DNA of 32,000 nucleotides from Akkermansia muciniphila ATCC BAA-835 (GTDB lineage Bacteria; Verrucomicrobiota; Verrucomicrobiia; Verrucomicrobiales; Akkermansiaceae): NCBI RefSeq assembly GCF_000020225.1, contig NC_010655.1, positions 1,740,001 to 1,772,000 of the forward strand, read 5' to 3'. Shown piece by piece: positions 24,226 to 32,000 of this stretch (position 1 is its first letter; each line of letters starts with the position of its first letter). The notes under the pieces were generated by a model. It saw only the letters and a program-made list of their open reading frames with translations, ran no database searches and was not told where the DNA came from. The position numbers and the translations under genes were made by a program.

Positions 24226-25452
24226 ATGAACAAGTCCCTCATATTGGTGTTGACCGCATTCGTTCCGCTTGCAGCTGCAGATGAAGTAAAACTCAAGGAT
24301 GGAACCGTTTACAAAAATTGCACGGTAGAAGTGGAAACGCCGGAAAGCGTCAGCCTCCTGGTTCCCGTGTCCGGAGGTATCAAGGATTCCGTAACCGTGA
24401 AGAGGGATTTGATTGAATCCATCAGGAAGGCGACTCCTGATGAACTGGAGGCTGCTCGAATCGGCAAAATGTATGCCAAACCGGAAACCATGAATGCCGG
24501 GGATTTGGAAAAAGCCTTGGCGGACCTGGACAAGACCATTAAGAAAAATCCCCAGGGCCTTGCTCATGACGCCGCCGTCAAGGCAAGAGCCAGAGTAGTG
24601 GTTTTGCTGGAGGAAAAGAAATTGACGGAGGAAGCCCGGGCCGCCCAGAATGCCAGGGAGGAGGCGGAAGTGACCGTGCGCACCAAATACGACCATGAGG
24701 CCAATAAGCTGCTGAAGCGTTTCAAGGCGCTTGCCGTGCGCAATCCATACCAGGCCATGGCCGTGTATGACCGCTTGCGCGACGGTTATCCCGGTTCCGC
24801 CGCCTTGGCGGATGCCTATCCGGATGCCGCCAGAATCGCCGGACAGCTCAACCGTAAGCTGGAGGTCATGATCGCCGCCAAGGAAAAGTCCTTGGAGAAG
24901 GAACGTGAAGCCCTGAGAAAGGAGGAAGAGAAGCGCCGGGGAAATCCCAAACTGACCAAGGAACAGCGCCAGGTGTTGATGGATGCTTTCCAGAAAAGGC
25001 AGACTGCCATCCGGGAACGTGAAAACCAGCTCACGGAAGTGTACCGGGCTTTGCGCAAGAAGGTCAAGGAACGCGGGGACCGGTGGTTTGAACCTACGGC
25101 AGGTTCTTTGGAAGCCATGAGAGACCTTAAGCTGGTAGCCGCTACGGATGCGGAACGCTTAAAAAAACAGGACCCGGAAAACGGAGCCGGTTCCGCTGCG
25201 CTGGAAAAGGCCTGGAATCTGTGTGACGAGAAAAAATTTGACGAGGCTATGGAGGTTCTGACGGAACTCCGGACCGCCCAGGTTCCCAGGGAATACTATG
25301 AGGAACTGACGGAAACGGTGCGCGTGGGGTTGCGGGAACAGCGCGCCCGTGAACGCGCCGAACGTGCGGAAGCGGCGCGCAAAGCCCGTGAAGACCGGGA
25401 TAAGAAACGCCAGGAGGAAAGAGAGGCGGCCGCCAAGGCCAAAAAGAAATAA
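24226..25452 (+). CDS. Hypothetical secreted protein with small N-terminal beta domain and long charged coiled-coil/TPR-like region
   Basis: Start set at MNKSLILVLTAFVPLAAA/DE (signal peptide). VKLKDGTVYKNCTVEVETPESVSLLVP forms a beta-rich module. The remainder is K/E/R/A-rich and ends ...RARERAERAEAARKAREDRDKKRQEEREAAAKAKKK. Confidence 0.65.
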   Translation: MNKSLILVLTAFVPLAAADEVKLKDGTVYKNCTVEVETPESVSLLVPVSGGIKDSVTVKRDLIESIRKATPDELEAARIGKMYAKPETMNAGDLEKALADLDKTIKKNPQGLAHDAAVKARARVVVLLEEKKLTEEARAAQNAREEAEVTVRTKYDHEANKLLKRFKALAVRNPYQAMAVYDRLRDGYPGSAALADAYPDAARIAGQLNRKLEVMIAAKEKSLEKEREALRKEEEKRRGNPKLTKEQRQVLMDAFQKRQTAIRERENQLTEVYRALRKKVKERGDRWFEPTAGSLEAMRDLKLVAATDAERLKKQDPENGAGSAALEKAWNLCDEKKFDEAMEVLTELRTAQVPREYYEELTETVRVGLREQRARERAERAEAARKAREDRDKKRQEEREAAAKAKKK

Positions 25453-25736
25453 TTCTGCCGTTTTCCGGAGAAAACGCTCCGGAGGAATATGGCGGAAATG
25501 GCGTTTACGGACGGGATGGATCAAGTATGTGTTGATTCCATCCTGCCCGTCAGGCTTTCCGGCCGTTGATTTCGCGCAATTCGTTGTCAGAGATTCCTGA
25601 GGTTTTTCTGTCGGAGCGGGGCCGGAGGCGTGTTCCTTTGACGGTCTGCATGTTTTTGCGGGGAGAAGAGGGCAAATCTTTCCCCATGCGATATTTCCTG
25701 CTTTCTTCCGCCGCGTCTTCAGTATAGAAGTGTTGC

Positions 25737-26327
25737 ATGAGGAACGCTTCTTGCAAACGGGTCACGGGTGAAACGGACATCAGCATGGAACTGAACCTGG
25801 ACGGCACGGGATGCGCCGCCGTCGCAACGGGGCATGCGTTTTTTGACCATATGCTGGATTTACTGGCCCGCCATTCCCTGATGGACCTGACCCTTCAGGC
25901 CCGCGGAGACCTGGAAGTAGACGCCCACCACACGGTGGAGGATGTGGGAATCGTTCTGGGGGAATGCATTAAAAATGCACTGGGGGACAAAAAGGGCATT
26001 GTTCGCTACGGCTGTTCCTACCTGCCCATGGATGAAACTCTTACGCGCGTGGTGATGGATTTGAGCAACCGTCCGTATGTAGCTTTCCGTATTCCGGAAG
26101 GCGGTCTGCCGGATGCCCCCAACTTTCCGCTGACCCTTTGCGAGGAATTCTGCCGTGCGCTGGCCAATAACCTGCGTTGCAACCTGCATGTGGAAGTGCT
26201 TTACGGCAGGGATGGCCACCACATTGCGGAATCTGTCTTCAAGGGCATCGCCCACGCGTTGCGGCAGGCTGCGGCGATTGATCCCCGAGCCGCCGGGACG
26301 CTGCCTTCAACCAAGGGAATGCTGTAA
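25737..26327 (+). CDS. hisB: Imidazoleglycerol-phosphate dehydratase (monofunctional HisB)
   Basis: R.T.ET.I...L.LDG.G, GH.FFDHML.....HS..DL...A.GDL.VD.HHT.ED.GI.LG, and HH..ES.FK..A.ALR. Confidence 0.95.
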   Translation: MRNASCKRVTGETDISMELNLDGTGCAAVATGHAFFDHMLDLLARHSLMDLTLQARGDLEVDAHHTVEDVGIVLGECIKNALGDKKGIVRYGCSYLPMDETLTRVVMDLSNRPYVAFRIPEGGLPDAPNFPLTLCEEFCRALANNLRCNLHVEVLYGRDGHHIAESVFKGIAHALRQAAAIDPRAAGTLPSTKGML

Positions 26328-26332
26328 AATAC

Positions 26333-26941
26333 ATGAAACTTGGCGTGATTGATTACGGTGCGGGCAATCTCCGCAGTGTGCTGAACACCTTTGAGGCCGC
26401 CGGCGTGACCGGTCATCTGGTGCGTACTCCGGAAGATGCGGCGGGCGTAACCCATTTGGTTCTTCCCGGCGTGGGCGCCTTCGGCGACTGTGCAGAAAAG
26501 CTGCGCCGCCAGAATCTGGTGCCCCTGGTCCGGGCATGGATAGAGCGGGACAGGCCTTTTCTGGGTATCTGCGTGGGCTATCAGGTTCTTTTTGAAAGCG
26601 GGGAAGAAAGCGGGCAGGTTCCCGGACTGGGCATCCTCAAGGGGCGCGTGGTTCGATTTTCAGAATCGGAACTCAAGGTGCCTCACATGGGGTGGAACAG
26701 CGTGGCTCTCACTGATCCCGCCGATCCCATCTGGAAAGGCATGGGGAAGGAACCGTACTTTTATTTCGTGCATTCCTATTATCCCCAGCCGGAGGATGAA
26801 TCCCTGATTGCCGCTTTCTGCACCTACGGCGTGCGTTTTGCTGCCGCTGTCAGGCACGGCAATCTGGTCGCCACCCAGTTCCACCCGGAAAAAAGCCAGA
26901 AACTGGGCGTGAAACTGCTGAAAAACTTTATTTCCCTGTGA
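26333..26941 (+). CDS. hisH: Imidazole glycerol phosphate synthase, glutamine amidotransferase subunit HisH
   Basis: IDYGAGNLRSV......G.........A..LVLPGVGAFGD, nucleophile elbow PFLGICVGYQVL, and HMGWN....FYFVHSYY......ATQFHPEKS. Confidence 0.95.
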   Translation: MKLGVIDYGAGNLRSVLNTFEAAGVTGHLVRTPEDAAGVTHLVLPGVGAFGDCAEKLRRQNLVPLVRAWIERDRPFLGICVGYQVLFESGEESGQVPGLGILKGRVVRFSESELKVPHMGWNSVALTDPADPIWKGMGKEPYFYFVHSYYPQPEDESLIAAFCTYGVRFAAAVRHGNLVATQFHPEKSQKLGVKLLKNFISL

Positions 26942-26963
26942 GCCGGAAATTACCGGCTCACAG
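26936..26963 (+). terminator. Perfect 11-bp hairpin overlapping the hisH stop codon (terminator candidate)
   Basis: ctgtgagccgg-aaatta-ccggctcacag. A T5 run follows about 10 nt downstream (26973-26977), so the U-tail is not immediately adjacent. Confidence 0.45.
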
Positions 26964-27196
26964 ACTGCCGCTCTTTTTCCTGACAGCAAGGGGCAAGGAG
27001 GAGCGGTGAATCAAATGAAACGTCATTCTCGAAAAGCAGCCTTATTAAAAAGACGCCGGGATTAATTTCATTGAAACCCTTCGGACGGCACCTCCGTAGA
27101 CCTTCATGGCTCAGTTTTTCCCTGTATGGAAAATAGCCAGGGCAAGAGGAGTGGCAAACTTATTTCTTACCGCCGGTTCCTGGTCAATATTGCTTA

Positions 27197-27245
27197 GGGG
27201 GCGGGGAATATTTGTTGAGCGGGGGGCAGAGGGGGGGGGAAGGGA
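27197..27245. repeat. G-rich tract with homopolymeric G9 (G5, G4, G6, G9 and G3 runs)
   Basis: gggggcggggaatatttgttgagcggggggcagagggggggggaaggg lies in the hisH-rpsF intergenic region. The G9 run is at 27231-27239. Confidence 0.9.
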
Positions 27246-27257
27246 TGGTAATCCATA

Positions 27258-27299
27258 AGAAAAGAACCGCCCCTTCGCGGAGACGGTTCTTTTTGATAA
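27258..27299 (-). terminator. Rho-independent (potentially bidirectional) terminator downstream of rpsF
   Basis: On the minus strand AAGAACCG...CGGTTCTT forms a stem (27262-27269 with 27284-27291) followed by TTCTTAT. It lies about 45 nt after the rpsF stop. On the plus strand the same stem is followed by TTTT. Confidence 0.6.
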
Positions 27300-27339
27300 G
27301 AAAGCAAGGAGCGGATATTTCGTCCGCATGGGCCGGATT

Positions 27340-27624
27340 TTAGCCGAGCACCTTGTAATACTGAAGGTGAATCTGGGGATTCAGGCGAAGGCGTTCGCGG
27401 ATGGGCCTGATGGCGGAAGGTTCCGCAGAGAACGTGTAGGTCACATACTGCCCGGCGGAAAGGTGGTTGGATTCGTAGGCGAATTCGCGGCGGCCGGCGT
27501 TTTCCGTGGCGGTGATGTCGGCGCCTTCTTCCTTCATCGCGGCGGCTACGGTGCTGATCAACTCCTCGACGGGAGTTTCCGTACCCTTCATGTTGAATAC
27601 GATAAGAGCTTCGTAATTTCTCAT
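27340..27624 (-). CDS. rpsF: 30S ribosomal protein S6
   Basis: MRNYEALIVFN.........EELI........EEGA.I......G.R.FAY......G.Y....F.....AI....R.LRLN..I....  is the canonical S6 pattern. The start is set at ATG 27622-27624. Confidence 0.9.
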   Translation of the reverse strand: MRNYEALIVFNMKGTETPVEELISTVAAAMKEEGADITATENAGRREFAYESNHLSAGQYVTYTFSAEPSAIRPIRERLRLNPQIHLQYYKVLG

Positions 27625-28112
27625 GGTCTTGTGATAATTAGAAATGTGTCGTGCGAACGGTGCGCACCTTGCGGGCAAGTAAGGTGCAATGATTGCCTTC
27701 AGAAAGCAAGCCTATTTTTTACCTTGTTTCCGGGAACATGCCGTTTCCTGCGTTTTACTCTCCCCACGGCGCGGAAGAATTGTTCTGCATGGCGTTTCCT
27801 GCCGTTGTCCTTAGCGGAGGAGGGCGGGATTTCCGGTGAGGAATCCGGAAAAGCGGCAGATAGAGGCGGCGGAGAGTTTTTCCGGGCTTTCTGTCCTGCC
27901 GCCTGAACAATGGTGCCGGTTCCAAAAAAGGATCATGACAAGGAGGCCTTGGAACTTTACGCCGCAGATGAATTAACGATGCGTTATTTTTTGGAATCAG
28001 GAAGAAGGAGAAAGGGCTTCTCCCTGATGGGGTGATATTCCGGTACTGGGATTCACCCCCGGAACGGGATGGTGCAGGTATGGCGGGAAAAATTCCGGAA
28101 AGAAGAAAAACG

Positions 28113-28982
28113 TTAACGCCTCCGCGCCATCTGTACGGCCAGCTGGAAGGCGTGGATGGTGCTGGACGGATTGGCTTTTCCGGTTCCCGCCAGGTTGAAG
28201 GCGGTACCATGGTCCGGGCTCAGCCGGGGGCGGGGAAGGCCCAGGGTGACGTTGACGGCGGTATGGAAGTCCACCAGCTTCAGCGGAATCAACCCCTGGT
28301 CATGGTAAGGGGCCAGCACGGCGTCATAGTTTCCTTCCACGGCATCCCGGTACACGCAGTCCGGGACGGAAGGCCCGTCAAATGCAGCATCCGGATGGAT
28401 CGCCCTCAGCCGTTCCACGGCCGGGGCAATGATGTTCCCGTCCTCATCGCCGAAAGCGCCGTGTTCCCCGGCGTGGGGGTTCAGGGCTGCCAGGGCGATA
28501 CGCGGGCGCATGATTCCTTTGCGGATGCAGAAGTCTTTCAGCAGGGTTCCGATGCGGACCAGTTCCTCTGTTTCCAGCAGGGAAGGCACGCTTTGGAGGG
28601 AAGTATGAATGGTTGCCAGCCCCACCGTCAACCGTTTCCCGGTCAGGCACATGGCGTAATTGTCCGTTTTCAGGCGTTCTGCAAAGAATTCCGTCTGCCC
28701 CGGCCAGCGGAAACCTGCCTCATGCAGGGTTTCCTTGCAGACGGGGGCGGTGACAACAGCGTCAACCGTTCCTTCCCGCAGGGCATGGGCCGCCTGTTCC
28801 AGATGGTCGAAGGCGTGTTTGGCGGATTCCGCATTAGGCCTTCCCGGGGGAAGCTCCACTCTCTTGCCGATGAGGCGGTATTCCGCATCTTCCGGGAGTT
28901 CTCCGGAGGCAAGCGCGGCGGAGATGACTTCCGGGCCTATGCCCGACTGGTCGCCCAGCGTGTATCCAATGACCGGTTTCAT
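28113..28982 (-). CDS. pdxA: 4-hydroxythreonine-4-phosphate dehydrogenase PdxA (short form, 289 aa)
   Basis: GDQSGIGPEV, TAPV.K, GQTEFF, LATIHTSL, ALNPHAGE.G.FG.E, YHDQGLIPLK, VNVTLGLP..R.SPDHGTAF.LAGTG.A. Confidence 0.9.
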   Translation of the reverse strand: MKPVIGYTLGDQSGIGPEVISAALASGELPEDAEYRLIGKRVELPPGRPNAESAKHAFDHLEQAAHALREGTVDAVVTAPVCKETLHEAGFRWPGQTEFFAERLKTDNYAMCLTGKRLTVGLATIHTSLQSVPSLLETEELVRIGTLLKDFCIRKGIMRPRIALAALNPHAGEHGAFGDEDGNIIAPAVERLRAIHPDAAFDGPSVPDCVYRDAVEGNYDAVLAPYHDQGLIPLKLVDFHTAVNVTLGLPRPRLSPDHGTAFNLAGTGKANPSSTIHAFQLAVQMARRR

Positions 28983-29001
28983 AGTGCGGCAACAGGAGGG
29001 A

Positions 29002-29262
29002 TTACAATTCCGCGGGTTCCGGCATTCCGGCAGGGGAAGCGGGAATTTCTTCCGCGGGGGAAACAGGAGTTTTTTCTGCCGGAACAGCCTGCAGGGCTGC
29101 CGCCCGTTTTTCCATGTTGATGACCTGTGTCGTTTTTTCCGGTTCGTCGGGGTTGCGGAGTTCGAATTCCAGGTGGGAGTTGGTGGACCAATGGTAATAA
29201 ATGGTGGCGCCGAGGGCTGCCAGCACCAGAATCAGGAGAATGGAACCGAAGAAGGAGCGCAT
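29002..29262 (-). CDS. Hypothetical small membrane-anchored protein
   Basis: 86 aa with an N-terminal TM helix (FFGSILLILVLAALGATIYYHW) and a Pro/Glu/Ala-rich tail. Its stop lies 19 nt upstream of the pdxA start on the same strand. Confidence 0.5.
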   Translation of the reverse strand: MRSFFGSILLILVLAALGATIYYHWSTNSHLEFELRNPDEPEKTTQVINMEKRAAALQAVPAEKTPVSPAEEIPASPAGMPEPAEL

Positions 29263-29422
29263 GCCTCTACTGTGTCCCGGAGGAGGGGGGAATTCAAGAA
29301 ATTATCAAGACCGCCTGCGTGGGCGGGCAAACGCCGTTAACTGCCGTGTATCTTCATTTCCTGGAAGAGGAAAGAAGGGTAAGTAAAAAGAGGCAGCTCG
29401 GCATGAGAAGATCCGGGACAGT

Positions 29423-29833
29423 TCAGGACAGGATTTTCATCGCGAGGAACAGGAGCATGAGCAGGATGGCAAAGCCGATGATTCTGCCCGCCATGCTGCC
29501 GTCTTTCCCGTCCTGGATGCACATGGGGCAGTTTTCCGGGCCGTTCATGCCGCTGCATCCCATGCCGCACGCGCCGCAGGGAAAATCCGCCTCCCGCTTC
29601 TGTACTCGGTCTTGGAGAAGGAGTTCCAGCTCGCGCACGGAAGGCTCCACACCGTAGACGACGATTTCCCCGTCAATGGCGAGTGCGGGAAGCGGCGTCC
29701 CAATTTGTTCCGGAACAGTCTCTTCAGCCTGCACCTCCGGATTGACGCCCAGATGGGCCAATGCCTGGAGGGTATTGGCACGCAGGGCGTTTCCTGGGTA
29801 GGCCCGGCTGTAAAAAAGCTGAATCCTGGTCAT
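29423..29833 (-). CDS. Thioredoxin_3-like fold protein lacking CxxC, with Cys-rich segment and C-terminal TM anchor
   Basis: The N-terminal 75 aa follow the small 'redox-active disulfide protein 2'-type layout (MxIxxx...LG.......V.......G....PAL.IDGE.V..G..PS..EL..LL), but AYPGN replaces the GCxxC. Then come CGACGMGCSGMNGPENCPMC and the TM helix GRIIGFAILLMLLFLAMKI. Confidence 0.5.
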   Translation of the reverse strand: MTRIQLFYSRAYPGNALRANTLQALAHLGVNPEVQAEETVPEQIGTPLPALAIDGEIVVYGVEPSVRELELLLQDRVQKREADFPCGACGMGCSGMNGPENCPMCIQDGKDGSMAGRIIGFAILLMLLFLAMKILS

Positions 29834-30006
29834 GGAACTGGGTATGTCAGGAACGCTTCCGTTTGGGAAGACTCTTCTTCCAACAAATAGGACGGGGCTC
29901 CAAAGGTCAATGCGTTTTTCCGTGTCATGACATATAAGTGTTGTACGGAAAACATTTTAGACTTTTCAAATGAGGAGGGAACGGGCACTATCCCGCCGGT
30001 CCCGCC

Positions 30007-30978
30007 ATGAAAAAGCTATCTCTATTCCTTTTGACCCTGGCCTGTGTATTCCAGTTTTCCGCCCAGGCACAGCAACGGCCCAGTTACATTGCCATTGAGG
30101 CCAATTCCGGCAAGCTTCTTTTCAGTTCCAACGCAGAAGAAAAAAGGCCCGTGGCCAGTCTTTCCCAGGTAGCCACCGCCATGGTGGCTTTGGACTGGGT
30201 GGCCCGCACGCGGTTGCCGCTGGACACTTTCATTGCCGTGCCCCAGGAAGCGTTCGGCCTCCGTGCGGGCAATCCCATGGATCTCCAGCCGGGAGACCGC
30301 CTGACGCTCCGGGACGCTTTGTATTCCACCCTGCTGGGTTCGGACAATGTTTCCGCCCTGACTGTTGCCTCCTTTGTGGGGCGTGACCTGGTGTCCCGCC
30401 GGGGCGGCGGCGCCCCCATTGCCGCTTTTGTGGCGGAAATGAACAATTTGGCCCGTTCCCTGAGGATGGCCAAAACGCGCTTTACCGCTCCCCACGGGCT
30501 GGACGCCGGCAACTCCGTTTCCACTTCCTGCGCGCTGGATATGGCCTTGTTGGGCGTTTACAGCATGCAAAATCCGGCTTTTTGCTACATTGTTTCCCAG
30601 GCGAGCCGGCGCATTGAAGTGCAGTCCCAGACCAAGGGCAGGACGATGTACGATATTTCCAACAACAACAGGCTCATGAGCGCTTCCGGCGTGGACGGCA
30701 TCAAGGCGGGCACTTCCCGCGCCGCCGGCCCCTGCCTGCTGCTCAGCGTGACGCGCAACGCTATTTCCCGCCGGAGCCCCCAAACGGGGACGGAGGTGAT
30801 TTATCCGCAGCGCATGATTATTGCGGTGCTTGGTTCTGCGAGCCGCTATTCCCTCGCCAGGGAGATGATGAACACCGGCTGGCGCGTTTGGGAAAACTGG
30901 CAGGCTTCCGGCATGGATATGAAGGACCCCAAGGAATTTGTCCAGCTTCCTGTGAAATCTGCTCCACAAAGGAGATAG
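30007..30978 (+). CDS. Periplasmic S11 (PBP5/6-type) D-alanyl-D-alanine carboxypeptidase homologue with altered active-site motifs
   Basis: Signal peptide MKKLSLFLLTLACVFQFSAQA. It aligns with PBP5: KRPVASLSQVATAMV vs RRDPASLTKMMTSYV, LLGSDNVSA vs LQSGNDACVA, GVDGIKAGTSRAAG vs NVDGIKTGHTDKAG. Confidence 0.8.
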   Translation: MKKLSLFLLTLACVFQFSAQAQQRPSYIAIEANSGKLLFSSNAEEKRPVASLSQVATAMVALDWVARTRLPLDTFIAVPQEAFGLRAGNPMDLQPGDRLTLRDALYSTLLGSDNVSALTVASFVGRDLVSRRGGGAPIAAFVAEMNNLARSLRMAKTRFTAPHGLDAGNSVSTSCALDMALLGVYSMQNPAFCYIVSQASRRIEVQSQTKGRTMYDISNNNRLMSASGVDGIKAGTSRAAGPCLLLSVTRNAISRRSPQTGTEVIYPQRMIIAVLGSASRYSLAREMMNTGWRVWENWQASGMDMKDPKEFVQLPVKSAPQRR

Positions 30979-31022
30979 GAAGTAGACGGGGAAGGATTTT
31001 TCTGCTATAAGGAACGCCGAAT

Positions 31023-32000
31023 ATGAACATCGGTGTTTTGAATAGCGGGGGTGACTCCCCCGGGTTGAATGCAGTTATTGAAGGTGTTGTGGGCGCGGCT
31101 TCCCGTCGCGGCTGGAACGTTGTGGGTTTTTACGACGGTTTTGAAGGGCTTTTGTCCGAGGAAGGGGACGAACGGTTTGAATGGCTGACCCCTGCCGCCT
31201 GCCGCGGATTGCGAGCCAAGGGGGGCACCATTCTGGGAACCGTGAACAAAGGAAACTTCGCCATCAAAGTAGGCGTGGACCAAAAGGGGGCGATTGAACC
31301 CGCGGTGCTGGAAAAAACGAAGGCTACTGTCCGCCGGCTGGGACTGGATGCCCTGATCGTTGTGGGCGGAGACGGCTCCCAGTCCACGGCTCTTTTGCTT
31401 TCCGAGATAGGGCTCCCCGTAGTTGGCGTGCCAAAAACCATTGATAATGACCTGGGCGCAACCGATGTCACTTTTGGCTTCTACAGCGCCGTTTCCATTG
31501 TTTCCGAGTCTTTGGACCGTCTGGAAACCACTGCAAACGCGCACCAGCGCATGATGGTGGTGGAAGTGATGGGACGGCATGCGGGATGGATTGCCTTGGA
31601 AGGCGGCATCGCAGGGAGTGCTGATGTTATTCTTCTGCCGGAAATTCCTTTTTCCCTTGAAAACGTGGTGGAATGCATCAAGGCGCGCAAGGCTGCCGGG
31701 CAGCGGGAAATCCTGGTGGTGGTATCTGAAGGGGCCCGTCTGGCGGACGAACTGGTATTGCTGGATGAAAAGACCCAGGGGGAAGTTCGCCTGGGTGGCA
31801 TCGGCAAGGTGATTGCCAAGAAACTGGAAGAAGCCACTGGGATTGAAACCCGCTCCTGCGTGCTGGGCCATATCCAGCGCGGCGGTTCTCCCTGTTCCTA
31901 TGACCGGATTCTGGGAACGCGGTTCGGCAGTTATGCCGTGGAACTGGTGGAAAAGCGCCAATTCAGCTGCATGGTTGCTCTCCGTGGGACGCAGATGACT
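31023..32000 (+). CDS. pfkA: 6-phosphofructokinase (PfkA family). The 5' part is shown (326 codons). The frame is still open at the window end, so it is absent from the ORF track.
   Basis: My translation from ATG 31023 reads MNIGVLNSGGDSPGLNAVIEGVV...LIVVGGDGSQS...VVGVPKTIDNDL...MVVEVMGRHAGWIAL...GHIQRGGSP, with all canonical PFK motifs. The 318-aa minus-strand ORF listed here is its antisense shadow. Confidence 0.9.
   Translation, partial: MNIGVLNSGGDSPGLNAVIEGVVGAASRRGWNVVGFYDGFEGLLSEEGDERFEWLTPAACRGLRAKGGTILGTVNKGNFAIKVGVDQKGAIEPAVLEKTKATVRRLGLDALIVVGGDGSQSTALLLSEIGLPVVGVPKTIDNDLGATDVTFGFYSAVSIVSESLDRLETTANAHQRMMVVEVMGRHAGWIALEGGIAGSADVILLPEIPFSLENVVECIKARKAAGQREILVVVSEGARLADELVLLDEKTQGEVRLGGIGKVIAKKLEEATGIETRSCVLGHIQRGGSPCSYDRILGTRFGSYAVELVEKRQFSCMVALRGTQMT

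Noticed and set aside
23470-24696. 408-aa ORF on the minus strand
   Set aside because: It is antisense to rplY (clear L25/Ctc) and to the 5' part of the secreted coiled-coil gene. It also runs through a strong plus-strand terminator.
25550-25807. 85-aa minus-strand ORF upstream of and overlapping the hisB start
   Set aside because: It overlaps the well-supported hisB N-terminus in antisense and has no recognisable features.
27015-27065. 16-codon mini-ORF (MKRHSRKAALLKRRRD) in the hisH-rpsF gap
   Set aside because: It is too short, and nothing in the sequence (RBS, conservation) supports it. It is mentioned only because the region is otherwise unexplained.
27111-27329. 72-aa minus-strand ORF downstream of rpsF
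   Set aside because: It spans the rpsF terminator hairpin and the C-rich complement of the G-tract (PPPSAP...). It has no start context or family resemblance.
29002-29030. 'PEP' in the C-terminus (GMPEPAEL) of the small membrane protein, considered as a second PEP-CTERM signal
   Set aside because: No hydrophobic helix or Arg cluster follows the PEP, so it does not fit the PEP-CTERM architecture.
28032-29120. 362-aa plus-strand ORF
   Set aside because: It is antisense to pdxA, which carries all PdxA motifs.
30022-30969. 315-aa minus-strand ORF
   Set aside because: It is antisense to the S11 peptidase homologue, which has a signal peptide and aligns with PBP5.
31005-31961. 318-aa minus-strand ORF (the only long ORF listed for this region)
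   Set aside because: The plus strand encodes a textbook 6-phosphofructokinase from ATG 31023. That gene is missing from the track only because it has no stop inside the window.
1-32000. Search for mobile elements, CRISPR arrays, prophage or defence-island signatures
   Set aside because: I could find no direct-repeat/spacer arrays, no transposase/integrase/recombinase-like ORFs, no flanking inverted or direct repeats, and no tRNA attachment site. Composition is fairly uniform apart from short AT-rich promoter gaps. The window looks like core chromosome.

Overview
GC-rich (roughly 55-60%), gene-dense bacterial chromosome. I call about 33 protein-coding genes on both strands. I found no rRNA, tRNA, CRISPR array, transposase, integrase or phage genes. 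The gene content (PEP-CTERM/exosortase sorting, eukaryote-type HisA, bactofilins, a beta-helix glycosidase-like protein) fits a Verrucomicrobiota, Akkermansia-like genome; that assignment is inference, not a search result. Most of the window is housekeeping: argJ 3' end, uvrA-like, hisA/hisB/hisH, grpE-dnaJ, rsmE, lepB, prs, rplY, rpsF, pdxA and pfk. I do not see a clear-cut novel multi-gene system such as a defence island. The items most worth follow-up are listed here. (1) A secreted IdeS/Mac-1 (peptidase C66)-like cysteine protease with an intact Cys/His/Asp triad and a C-terminal PEP-CTERM anchor, followed by a 9-repeat Sel1 protein; the exosortase + EpsI pair sits 18 kb away in the same window. 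(2) A UvrA homologue that lacks the insertion domain and all four Zn-module-1 cysteines, with its start 1 nt from the stop of a zinc-ribbon bactofilin. (3) A HAD-hydrolase::dihydroneopterin-aldolase fusion with a non-canonical DxS motif I. (4) A periplasmic S11 DD-carboxypeptidase homologue whose SxxK lysine is Gln. (5) A thioredoxin-fold protein that lacks the CxxC motif but has a Cys-rich, tail-anchored C-terminus. Many long ORFs in the track are antisense shadows of recognisable genes and are rejected.
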